Part shown: positions 1-11,410 of the stretch, piece by piece
Layout of the letters: the number at the start of each line of letters is the position of its first letter
How positions within the stretch are numbered: position 1 is the first letter of the stretch
Assembly (NCBI GenBank): GCA_028826165.1
Contig: JAPDFW010000053.1
Coordinates: forward strand, 496,001 to 560,000
Direction of reading: 5' to 3'
DNA from: Anaeramoeba ignava BMAN
Lineage: Eukaryota > Protista > Anaeramoebae
DNA length: 64,000 nucleotides
Notes under the pieces: generated by a model
Told to the model about the DNA's origin: nothing
Database searches by the model: none
The model's input: only the letters and a program-made list of their open reading frames with translations
Made by a program: the position numbers and the translations under genes

Positions 1-210
1 AGAAAAAAAGGAGAAAAATAAATAATTTTTTCTTCTTTTTTATTTTATTTATTTTTATTTTAAATAAAATAAATAAGGGGGCAAAAAGGAAAAAAGTAAT
101 TAAAACGATCAAAAAAAAAAATTTTTTTCTTTTTAATTTTTTTAAATTCATTTTTTTATTTTTTTAATTTTCTTTTTAATTTTCTTTAAAAAAAAACAAA
201 ACAAAAAAAA

Positions 211-1347
211 ATGCAAACATCACTTCTTGATGATTTATTTATAATAGAAGAGACACAAGAAACAAATTTCTCACAAGGTTTTACATTTTTTGAACCAAGA
301 CAAGAAACAGAAGAAAAATGTGCAGAAAAACAAACAGAAAAAGAAGAAAAAACAAATGAACAAAATTTAGAAACTTCTACACCAGCTATTGATTCAGATG
401 TTTTTCATTCTCAAAATCCAACTATGCCCTCAACTGAAAATCCTATTGGAAAGAATTTTCAAGAACTTTTAGAAGATCCTGTTTTTATTCAAGCTATTAA
501 TGAAAGAGAGAACTTAAAAAACAAAGCGAAATCAATATCAAGAAAACCAATACCAAGAAAACGAATATCAAGAAAACCAATACCAAGAAAACCAATATCA
601 AGAAAACGAATTGTAAATAAAAGATAAAAATAAATTAAGAAATAAATAAAAAATTAACAATAACATGAAATTAAGAAAAATTTAAATAAAAAATAAATAA
701 TAACATGAAATTAAGAAATAAATAAATAAGAAATAAATAATAACATGAAATTAAGAAATAAAAAATAAATAATAACATGAAATTAAGAAAAATTAAATTA
801 AAAATAAATAATAACATGAAATTAAGAAAAATTTAAATAAAAAATAAATTAAAAATAAATAATAAAATGAAATTAAATTAAAAATTAATAATAACATGAA
901 ATTAAAAAATAATTTAAAAAAAAAAACTCATTTCTCTTTGTTTTCCTTTATTTATTTATTTATTTATTATAGAATAACAAAAGGAAAAAAGAAACTGATT
1001 TGGATTCAGTTTCAGTTGATGTTAACCTTCCAATTATTCTTGATAGCAAAGCAACACAAATTAAATCAACCTATCGTGTTATTTCAAAATTGCAAATTAT
1101 TAGTGAAGTTTATCCAACAGCTTTTTATGGATTCAATTCCAAAACAGATTACAAATGCATTTCTTCACCTGAAATTATTATTTCTCGTTTAGTTGTTCGA
1201 TCTCTTGCTACGCTTTTAAGACAAGAAGAGAAAGATACAAGTCGTTCAGTAATTCGCACATTTGTTGATAAAGGTTATCATTACATTAAAGCAACAAAAA
1301 AAGGTTATACTGCATTGAAATTTATCAAAGCCAGTTTAACCAATTAA
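211..1347 (+). CDS. Orphan protein (~258 aa, 2 exons): acidic N-terminus, basic SRKPIPRK repeats (NLS-like), ~110-aa globular C-terminal domain (possible winged-helix DNA-binding domain)
   Basis: Exon 1 is 211-612. A GTAAAT donor at 613 and a TATAG acceptor ending at 972 give a phase-0 join into exon 2 (973-1347), in frame with track ORF 1000..1347. The intron is a ~35-40 bp repeat array. Confidence 0.7.
613..972 (+). repeat. Intronic minisatellite (~35-40 bp unit containing AATAATAACATGAAATTAAG)
   Basis: About 7 imperfect copies of TAACATGAAATTAA between the GT donor and the AG acceptor. Confidence 0.8.
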
Positions 1348-1572
1348 TGCTTTTTTTGCTTTTCTTTTTTCCTCTTTTTTTTTTTAATTTTGCTTTTTTT
1401 TTTAATTACCTTGATTTTATTACAAGGCCATTTCTTTTTCTTTTTCTTTTTTAATTTTAATTTTAATTTTAATTTTAAATTTAATTTTAAATTAAAAAAG
1501 AAAAAATATTTGAATTACATTTTTCAATTATTAATTTATTTATTTATTTATTAATTTGCTTTTCATTTTTAA

Positions 1573-4500
1573 TTATTTTTTTTTAAGTTCTTCTTTTTTA
1601 AAAGGAGAAAAATGCTTTTCATCTAAAGATTTACTTTGTAAAGCGAATTCTAAAGAATTAGTATAATAAGAAATAGTAGAAGAATGAATTGGGATATTTT
1701 CTGACAATTTTTGAAATGGAGGAGTTTGAACTTTTTGAGAAGAAATTTCATTTTTTTCTAAATCAAAATGAAGAGATTGAACATCAGCAATTTCAAAATC
1801 ATTATCAGAAAATTCATCAATAGAAGTATCAGTATTAGTATTAGTATTAGTATTAGTATTAGTATTAGTATTAATATTAATATTAATATCTTTTGATAAA
1901 TTAACGGAATTAGGGACAAAGGTGAATTTTTTTTGAGGAGAATCTTTGACAGGAATTTTATTTTCTTGAGAGATTTTTTGATTATCAAAGTTGGAGAATA
2001 TTTGATTTGGAATCAAATCAATTGAGCTCCAATACATTTCATCTCCTTCAGAAAGCTCATTTTTATCTTGGATAATGTTAATATTTGGGTTGTTTTTGTG
2101 AGAATTTTGATTTTTACAATTATGATCATTTTGTGGTTGTTTCTCTTCAAAGATTTGAACTAAATGTTTTTTTGTAATATATAATAATGAGAATTCTTGA
2201 CTATTTTTCTCAATGTTTTTGAATATTTTTTCTTGGTTTAAAATTAGAAATTCTACAAAATTATTGATTTTTTCAAAATTTTTCAGCATTTGATTTGCTT
2301 TTGATTTTTTTGTTTGTTTTGCTTTGAGTAAATTTGGTCCAAGAACAATTGATATATTTTTTGCATCCATAAGATTTTTTGATGAATGTTGGTGAATGTT
2401 ATTTAAAAATTCAAAGAAGAATCGAATAAAAACCAAAGTTTCATTTGGTAATTGATTTAAAATTTGTGAAATTTTTTTCTTTTTGTGTTTTTTTTCTAAA
2501 GGAATTTAAATATAATTAAATTTTGAAATAAATTTAATTATAAATATGATTATAAATTTGATTATAAATTTAATTATAAATTTGATTATAAATTTAATTA
2601 TAAATATAATTATAAATTTAATTATAAATTTAATTATTAATTTAATTATAAATTTAATTATAAATTTAATTATAAATTTTGAAATAAATTTAATTATAAA
2701 TTTAATTACAAATATAATTACAAATATAATTATAAATTTGATTATAAATTTAATTATAAATTTATAAATATAATTATAAATTTTGAAATAAATTTAATTA
2801 TAAATTTAATTATAAATTTTGAAATAAATTTAATTATAAATTTTGAAATAAATTTAATTATAAATTTAATTATAAATATAATTATAAATTTAATTATAAA
2901 TATAATTATAAATTTAATTATAAATATAATTATAAATTTAATTATAAATATAATTATAAATTTAATTATAAATTTGATTATAAATTTGATTATAAATTTA
3001 ATTATAAATTTAATTATAAATTTAATTATAAATATAATTATAAATTTAAATATAAATTTAATTATAAATTTAATTATAAATAATATTTATAAATTTAATT
3101 ATAAATAATATTTATAAATTTAATTATAAATTTAATTATAAATTTAATTATAAATTTAATTATAAATTTAATTATAAATATAATTATAAATTTAATTATA
3201 AATTTAATTATAAATTTAATTATAAATTTAATTATAAATTTTGAAATAAATTTAATTATAAAATTAATTATAAATTTGATTATAAATTTAATTATAAATA
3301 TAATTATAAATTTAATTATAAATTTAATTATAAATATAACTATAAATTTGATTATAAATTTAATTATAAATTTTGAAATAAATTTAATTATAAATTTAAT
3401 TATAAATTTAATTATAAATATAATTATAAATAATATTTATAAATTTAATTATAAATTTAATTATAAATAATATTTATAAATTTAATTATAAATATAATTA
3501 TAAATTTTGAAATAAATTTAATTATAAATTTTTGAAATAAATTTGATTATAAATTTAATTATAAATTTAATTATAAATTTTGAAATAAATTTAATTATAA
3601 ATTTTGAAATAAATTTAATTATAAATTTAATTATAAATATAATTATAAATTTTGAAATAAATTTAATTATAAATTTAATTATAAATTTAATTATAAATTT
3701 AATTATAAAATTAATTATAAATTTAATTATAAATATAATTACAAATATAATTATAAATTTGATTATAAATTTAATTATAAATTTAATTATAAATTTAATT
3801 ATAAATTTAATTATAAATTTAATTATAAATTTAATTATAAATTTAATTATAAATTTAATTATAAATTTAATTATAAATTTAATTATAAATTTAATTATAA
3901 ATTTAATTATAAATATAATTATAAATTTTGAAATAAATTTAATTATAAATTTAGTTATAAATATAATTATAAATTTGATTATAAATTTAATTATAAATAT
4001 AACTATAAATTTAATTATAAATATAATTATAAATATAATTATAAATATGATTATAAATTTGATTATAAATTTGATTATAAATTTAATTATAAATAATATT
4101 TATAAATTTAATTATAAATATAATTATAAATTTAATTATAAATTTAATTATAAATTTGATTATAAATTTGATTATAAATATAATTATAAATTTGATTATA
4201 AATATAATTATAAATTTAATTATAAATTTGATTATAAATTTGATTATAAATTTAATTATAAATTTAATTATAAATTTGATTATAAATTTAATTATAAATT
4301 TAATTATAAATTTAATTATAAATTTAATTATAAATTTAATTATAAAATTGATTATAAATTTAATTATAAATTTAATTATAAATTTAATTATAAATTTAAT
4401 TATAAATTTAATTATAAAATTGATTATAAATATAATTATAAATTTGATTATAAATTTAATTATAAATTTAATTATAAATATGATTATAAATTTGATTATA

Positions 4501-5682
4501 AATTTAATTATAAATTTTGATATAAATTTAATTATAAATTTAATTATAAATTTAATTATAAATATAATTATAAATTTAATAATAAATTTAATTATAAATT
4601 TAATTATAAATTTAATTGTAAATTTAATTATAAATTTAATTATAAATTTAATTATAAATATAATTATAAATTTAGTTATAAATATGATTATAAATTTAAT
4701 TATAAATTTAGTTATAAATATGATTATAAATTTGATTATAAATTTTGAAATAAATTTAATTATAAATTTAATTATAAATTTAATTATAAATATAGTTATA
4801 AATTTAATTATAAATATAATTATAAATTTAATTATAAATTTGATTGTAAATTTGATTATAAATTTAATTATAAATTTAATTATAAATTTAATTATAAATT
4901 TAATTATAAATATAATTATAAATTTAATTATAAATTTAATTATAAATTTAATTATAAATTTAATTATAAATTTAATTATAAATTTAATTATAAATATAAT
5001 TATAAATATAATTATAAATATAGTTATAAATTTAATTATAAATTTAATTATAAATTTAATTATAAATTTAATTATAAATTTAATTATAAATTTAATTATA
5101 AATTTTGAAATAAATTTAATTATAAATTTAATTATAAATTTTGAAATAAATTTAATTATAAATTTTGTTGTAAATTCTTTTTAATTTTCTTTTTAAAATT
5201 CTTTTTAATTTTGTTGTAAATTTCTAAATAAATTTTATAAAAATACTTGAAAAAGAAGTTAATTTTTGAAAATATTGTTGAGGAAAAATTGGTGGTTCAA
5301 GAGTTCTAAGATAAGATTTAATAGCTGAAGCAATATTAATAGGAGAAATATTTTGAAAATCCATTTTTAAATCCAAATTAAAATTTAATAAAATTTGTTT
5401 TATATCTGATTCTCTTCCTGTTCCTCTAAAAAGATTTTTAGTTTCAATGGCTTTGTATTTTGTTTTATTTAAAATGTTTTGTTTTGATTTCTTAAGCTTT
5501 TGGTTTTTTTTTTTTGCTTTTTTTTTTCGGTTTTTTTTTTTGAAAATAAATCCGTTATATTTTTTTTTACCTGTTCGATTTAAATATGAAATTGATTGAA
5601 AAACAATTAATGGAATTTGACCATTTTTTTTGGAAGAATTAATTATCTCTGATTTTCTGCGTAAAATTGATTCACTTTTCAT
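1573..5682 (-). CDS. RhoGAP-domain protein (3 exons)
   Basis: Exons 5682-5571, 5450-5247 and 2495-1573; both GT-AG introns are phase-consistent. Motifs IPLIVFQSISYL, NLFRGTG (arginine finger), IASAIKSYLRTL, NLMDAKNISIVLGPNLL. Confidence 0.9.
2510..5165. repeat. 12-bp satellite (TTATAAATTTAA)n filling RhoGAP intron 2 (2496-5246)
   Basis: More than 200 copies with variants TTATAAATATAA, TTATAAATTTGA and TTTTGAAATAAA. It generates the spurious IINL/YKFN ORFs. Confidence 0.95.
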
Positions 5683-5795
5683 TAATAATCTTAAAAAAAA
5701 AAAGAAAAAGAAAAATAAAAATAAAAATAATAAAAAAAAATTTTTCTTTTTGATTTTTTTTTTCATTTTTTTTTCATCAAAAAAATAATAAAAAA

Positions 5796-6954
5796 ATGTC
5801 AAGTTTTAATAATTTAAATGATTGGATTGAAACAATGAAAAAAAAAGATAAACAAATTTTAGAAGAAAAACAAGAAAGAAAAAATAAAGAAAAAAAAGAA
5901 AAAGAAAAAACAGCAGAAGAATTAAAAGAAATCGGAAATAATTTTTTTCGACAAAATCAATATGAAAAGGCGATTGATAATTATACAAAAGCAATCAACG
6001 CAAATCCAAGAAATGAAATTTATTACTCAAATAGAGCTGCTTGTCTTATAAAATTGAAAAAATTTAAAGAAGCAGAAAATGATTGTGTTAAATCTTTAGA
6101 AATTAACCCAAAATTTTTGAAATCTTGGCTAAGAAAAGCGACAGCAAATCGCTATCTAAAAAATTACACACAAGCCATTCATGATTTTCAACAAGTTCTC
6201 CTAATTAATTCTCAACACAGTTTTGCAAAAAAATCAATTGGAAGAAATTGAAGAAATTATTTCGAAAAATAAAATTGTTGATCAAGTTAATAAGAAAAAA
6301 ATTGAGGAGGAAAAAATCGATATTGTGAAGAAATCGGAGGAAAAAGAAAAAAATCAATTTGTTGAAAAACCTTCATTTTTAATTCAAGAAAAAAAAGATA
6401 TTCAACCAAAAAAAAATGAACCAAAAAAAAATGAATTGCAAAAAAATCAAAACAAAATCAAAGTTTCCCAATCAAAAAACAAGGAATTGGAAAAAATGGT
6501 TCAAGAAAATTCTTTATTGGATTCTTCTGACTTTATTTCCTCAGAAAAACCTCCTGTTTCCTTTTATGAATTCGAAGAAAAATGGAGATCTTTATCTCAA
6601 CTTTCAGATAAAAAAAATAAATTGCTTTTCAAATTCAAGTTTCTTTTAATAATTAGTCCATTGGATCTCAAGAATCTTTTCAAAGACTCCTTTTCTGTTG
6701 AATTTCTTGTTGATTTTTCCCAGATTATTCACCAAATTTTTGCTCAAAATGATCCTCAATTCACAAAAAATATGGAAATTTTAAATCAAATTTTTTCACT
6801 TTTTGAAAAAATTTCTCAACTTAATCGATTTAAAATGCATGTTCTTTTTCTTTCAAAAGAAGAAAAATCTCTAATTGGAAGTATTTTCGATTCACTTGAA
6901 AAATATGGAATTGAAAATAATAGAATAACAGAAATTAAAAAGCTTTATAAATGA
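5796..6954 (+). CDS. RPAP3: TPR co-chaperone, RPAP3/SPAG1-like (TPR clamp plus RPAP3_C-like domain); one-base frameshift in A7 run 6227-6233
   Basis: Carboxylate-clamp TPR motifs KEIGNNFF, YYSNRAACLIKLKKF and KSWLRKATA. C-terminal PPVSFYEFEEKWRSL...LNRFKMHVLFLS resembles RPAP3_C. Removing one A fuses ORFs 5796..6251 and 6223..6954. Confidence 0.75.
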
Positions 6955-6998
6955 GAAAAAGCAAAAAAATTTTTTTTAAAAAAAAAACAATAAAAAAT

Positions 6999-7046
6999 TT
7001 CATTTTTTCATTTTTTCATTTTTTTTCATTTTTTTTCAATTTGAAA
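6999..7046 (+). promoter_or_regulatory. Tandem initiator-like TTTTCATTTT elements (representative copy)
   Basis: Several TCAWT copies within 50 nt upstream of the ATG; the same arrangement occurs before most genes on the appropriate strand. Confidence 0.55.
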
Positions 7047-7883
7047 ATGAATGAGACTTTAATACAAATTTGTTCAGATTTGCATTTGGAAGCAAGACCA
7101 TTTGACGAGAAGACACTTATTCCAAGTGCAGATATAATTTGCATTGCAGGAGATATTGAAAGTGTGACAACAGAAAAAACACTTAAAACTTTCGATGAAT
7201 TTTTTGCGAAAATTTCAACTCAATTCAAACACATTTTTTTTGTTTGTGGAAATCATGAATTTTATAACGATCCAAAAGAGGATCCAAAAAAATATGTCAC
7301 AATTGATGAAACTTATGAAATTGTAACCGAAACACTAAAAAAATATCAAAATGTTCATTTCTTAAGAAATCAAGTCTATGTTTTAAATGGAATACGTTTT
7401 GTTGGGGCAACATTGTGGTCTTATATATTCGAAGAAAAAAGAGACTTGATCTCTCAATGTTTTAGCAATTTCAAATTGATTTATTATTTTGATGAAGAGA
7501 AAAAGAAAAAACTTCCAATGACTCCAAGTCATTCTTCATCAATTCATGCTAAAGAATTAGAATGGATTAAATCGCAAGCAATTGAGGCCAAGAAAGAAAA
7601 CCAGAAATGTGTTGTTCTGACTCATTATGGCCCTTCTTTTTCATTGGTTCCTTCAGATTCTGAACAATCTGTTAATTCTCCTATTGGTTCTTCTTTTGTT
7701 TCTGATCTTGATTATATTTTTTCTGACCCTTCTTTTGATGCTATTTGTTTGTGGGTTTATGGTCATACTCATTTCTCTCGTAATATGATAATCGGAAATG
7801 CAAGAGTTGTTTCTAATCAATATGGTTATCCTCAAGAATATGAAATTACCAATTTTAAAAATAAAGTTATTGTCAAGATTTGA
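7047..7883 (+). CDS. Calcineurin-like metallophosphoesterase (intronless)
   Basis: Motifs SDLHLE, IAGDI, GNHEFY, VLTHY and YGHTH. The real ATG is at 7047, after TCATTT repeats. Confidence 0.9.
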   Translation: MNETLIQICSDLHLEARPFDEKTLIPSADIICIAGDIESVTTEKTLKTFDEFFAKISTQFKHIFFVCGNHEFYNDPKEDPKKYVTIDETYEIVTETLKKYQNVHFLRNQVYVLNGIRFVGATLWSYIFEEKRDLISQCFSNFKLIYYFDEEKKKKLPMTPSHSSSIHAKELEWIKSQAIEAKKENQKCVVLTHYGPSFSLVPSDSEQSVNSPIGSSFVSDLDYIFSDPSFDAICLWVYGHTHFSRNMIIGNARVVSNQYGYPQEYEITNFKNKVIVKI

Positions 7884-8370
7884 TTTAATTTAATTTGATT
7901 TAATTCGATTTAAAATAATTTGATTTAATTTAATTTATTTTAATTTGATTTGATTTAATTTGAAATGATTTGATTTAATTTAAAATAATTTAATTTGATT
8001 TGATTTGATTTGATTTGATTTAATTTAATTTAATTTAATTTAATTTAATTTAATTTAATTTAATTTAATTTAATTTAATTTAATTTAATTTAATTTAATT
8101 TAATTTGATTTAAATTGAAATGATTTGATTTGATTTAATTTAAAATAATTTAATTTAATTTAATTTAATTTAATTTAATTTAATTTGATTGGATTTGATT
8201 TAATTTAATTTAATTTGATTTAAATTTAATTTAATTTAAAATGATTTGATTTAATTTAATTTAATTTAATTTGATTTGATTTAAAATGATTTAATTTAAT
8301 TTGATTTGATTTAATTTAATTTAAAATGATTTAATTTAATTTAATTTAAAATGATTTAATTTGATTTAAT
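7884..8370. repeat. Intergenic 5-bp microsatellite (TTTAA/TTTGA)n between convergent genes
   Basis: Direct inspection. Confidence 0.9.
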
Positions 8371-8467
8371 TTCTTTTTCTTTTCTTTTTCTTTTTTTTTT
8401 CTTTTTCTTTTTCAATAAATTAAATCACGTTCCACTTTTTAAATAAATCTTTATTTCTTTTTCTAAA

Positions 8468-10169
8468 TTAGAAAATTAAACAATTTTTCTTCTTTTCTTT
8501 TTCTTTTTCTTCTTTTTCTTCTTTCTCTTTTTCTTCTTCTTTTGAATAAATATTTTCATATCCTTTTTTTTCCCAAAGAACCTTAAACCAAACTTGTGGA
8601 ATATAAGCAACAATTAAATCATATCCTTTATATTTTGGTTCTTTAACAATTCTCATTTCAAAAGGACCTTTTGTTAAAATTTCGAAATCTTTTCCCCAAT
8701 CAAATAAAACAGAACCAGTTGCTTCAAAAAATGGATTCAATTCAATCACTTTAATTGTAAAATCTTCTATATTTTCTTTTGGTTCTAAAAAAAAATCAAT
8801 TATAAAATGTGAAAGATGAACTTGATTTTTAATTTCTTTTTCATAAAATTCAGTTATTATTTTTTCAAAATGTTCTTTTTGATTCACTAATTTTTCTGAA
8901 TAATAAAAATCATTATATTGTGTTATTGCATTAAGATTTTTATTGTAAACAAATCCTCGAAATTCGTATTGAGGAAAACGAGGAGCAATGTGATCAAATT
9001 CTCTGAATGCTAAGCAAACTGAATTAAAGTTTTCTTTTCCAAAATTCATATTCTTCTTAAAATCTTCATAAATTCTTTTGGAATGAATAAGTAATTCCAT
9101 TGTTTCTGATCCACTTCTAACATGTAAAGCTTCAACTAATAATATTCAAATTATTTATAATATTTATATTATTTATAATATTTATATTATTTATAATATT
9201 TATATTATTTATAATATTCATAATATTCTAATTATTTATTTAAATTATTCAAAATATTTAAATTATTTATAATATTCAAAATATTTAAATTATTCAAAAT
9301 ATTTATAATATTCAAGTTATTTATATTATTCAAAATATTTAAATTATTCAAATTATTCAAATTATTCAAAATATTTAAATTATTCAAAATATTTATAATA
9401 TTCATAACATAATATTTATATTATTTAAATTATTTAAATTATTTATAATATTCAAATTATTCAAAATATTTAAATTATTTAAAATATTCAAAATATTTAA
9501 ATTATTCAAAATATTTATATTATTCAAAATATTCAAATTATTCATAATATTCATAATATTCATAATATTTATATTATTCAAAATATTCAAATTATTTAAA
9601 ATATTCAAAATATTTATATTATTCAAATTATTCATATTATTTATATTATATCTACCAAGTGTTTGAGAAAACACAACTAATTCTCCAACATGATCTTTCA
9701 ATTCAACACCATTCAATGCATTTTCAAACATTTCAAGCCATTCCTTTTTAGGAAATTTTAAAGGAACATCTTTAGGACTTCTAAAATTAAGTTTGACAAA
9801 ACAACCTTTTTCAGCAAATTGTTTTTTAATTAAATCATCAATTTCCTTTTCAAATTCTTGAAGTTTTTGTTCAAATTCAGGATTTTCTAAAAGTTTTTTT
9901 ATAGCTTTTTCTTTTAATCCATCAAAATCTAAAATTTCATTCACTTTTGATTCATGTTTAATCATAAAAGCTTCTGCAATTTCAACGCTTATTGGCATAA
10001 ACACAGTTTTATAAGTAAAATTTGTTATTTCTTGATAATATTGATCTAATCCAAATTTTCTTTCATATTCAAGTTTAGAAAATAAAAATTGTTCAGATTT
10101 AGAAATTTTTTTTTGTTCAAGTTCTTCTTCTGAAATTAAAAAATCATTTGAAAATAAACTTTTTTCCAT
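8468..10169 (-). CDS. CDC123/D123-like ATP-grasp protein (2 exons) ending in a polybasic CaaX box (KKKNCLIF)
   Basis: Exon 1 10169-9656, intron 9655-9136 (GTAGAT...TTAG, phase 1), exon 2 9135-8468. Motifs FVKLNFRSPKD, EFRGFV, AITQY, IELNPF and LFDW. Confidence 0.85.
9140..9650. repeat. 9-bp intronic satellite (ATTATTCAA/AATATTTAT variants) in the CDC123-like gene
   Basis: Lies between the GT and AG sites; translated as NINNLNIL in the ORF track. Confidence 0.85.
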
Positions 10170-10237
10170 TTTTAGAAATGAAAAAAATGAAAAATGAAAA
10201 ATTATTTTTTCTTCTTTTTCATTTTTATTTTTCAAAT

Positions 10238-11410
10238 TTAATCAGAATCAGATCCAAAAAATGAATCAAAAAAACTTTTACTTTTTTCAATTTTGTTTTC
10301 TTTTTCTTTTTCTTTTTCTTTTTCATCAGAATCAGAATCAGATCCAAAAAATGAATTAAAAAAACTTTTACTTTTTTCAATTTTGTTTTCTTTTTCAATT
10401 TTGTTTTCTTTTTCTTTTTCTTTTTCATCAGAATCAGAATCAGATCCAAAAAATGAATCAAAAAAACTTTTACTTTTTTCAATTTTGTTTTCTTTTTCTT
10501 TTTCTTTTTCTTGATTTATTGAATTTTTCAAAAGAATTTCTTGTTTAAATTTTTGGATCTTCTTTTTTTGATTAAAAATTTTTTTTTTTAATTGGAGATT
10601 TTCTTTGCTTTGATAATATTTCAAATCTTCAAATTTTACTGTTCTTTTTATTGAATTTTTATAGAACATTTGAGAAATTTGTTCATTTTGTTTGATTGTT
10701 AATTGATCAAGTGGTAAAATTTTAATAAAAGGAAGAAGAATAGAATATAATTGTTTAAGAACTTGATTTTTTGGAAAACTAATTGTTAATTGATTTTTAG
10801 CCCATTTTTTCAGTAATTTAAATAGCAAAGCATAATTGATTTGCATTTTTGATTGAATTGAACTGTTAACAAAATCAAACATTTGATCTTTTGTAAAATT
10901 TGGAAAAGGCTTTAAATAAATCAATTTCGCGAAATTTTTCTTGATGAATTCAACAGATTTCCCTTTCAAAATTGTGTATTTTTGAGACTGGTTAATTTTC
11001 TCATAAATTTGGAAAATATTTTGCTCATTGATTTGATATTGAAGTTTATCTACAATTAAATCAATCAAATCATCCAATTCAAATTTTCTTGCACAATCCC
11101 AAATTGGAAAAATATCTTGATCATTCAATTCAATTTGAGACGTATAAATAAACCTGAGCACTTTATGAATTATTTGTGGTTTAAATTTTGGAAAACGAAT
11201 TTCATGATAGTTTTGTTTAAGAAATTTATCAAAAAAACTGGATTGACAACTTAAAATTGATTTATGACAATTAATTTTAATTGGATTTTCTTCTCCAGCA
11301 ATTATTATAAAATCGGAAAAAGAATTTCTATTTCCAAGAAGTTTTTCATAGTTATGAATTAAGTTTGTAATTAAGTTTTGATTATTGTTATTGTTATTAT
11401 TATTATTCAT
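10238..11410 (-). CDS. BTB/POZ(-BACK) domain protein with three C-terminal KSKSFFxSFFGSDSD repeats
   Basis: Motifs SDFIIIAG, CHKSILSCQSSFF and VLRFIYT; BACK-like helices follow. Confidence 0.9.
   Translation of the reverse strand: MNNNNNNNNNQNLITNLIHNYEKLLGNRNSFSDFIIIAGEENPIKINCHKSILSCQSSFFDKFLKQNYHEIRFPKFKPQIIHKVLRFIYTSQIELNDQDIFPIWDCARKFELDDLIDLIVDKLQYQINEQNIFQIYEKINQSQKYTILKGKSVEFIKKNFAKLIYLKPFPNFTKDQMFDFVNSSIQSKMQINYALLFKLLKKWAKNQLTISFPKNQVLKQLYSILLPFIKILPLDQLTIKQNEQISQMFYKNSIKRTVKFEDLKYYQSKENLQLKKKIFNQKKKIQKFKQEILLKNSINQEKEKEKENKIEKSKSFFDSFFGSDSDSDEKEKEKENKIEKENKIEKSKSFFNSFFGSDSDSDEKEKEKEKENKIEKSKSFFDSFFGSDSD

Noticed and set aside
2546-5184. Long IINL/YKFN ORFs (and similar IKLF, INNF, ILIL, YIYY ORFs at 13312-14638, 36240-36838, 48952-49972, 56079-56588)
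   Set aside because: They are translations of stop-free frames of intronic or intergenic satellites; the flanking exons splice in frame around them.
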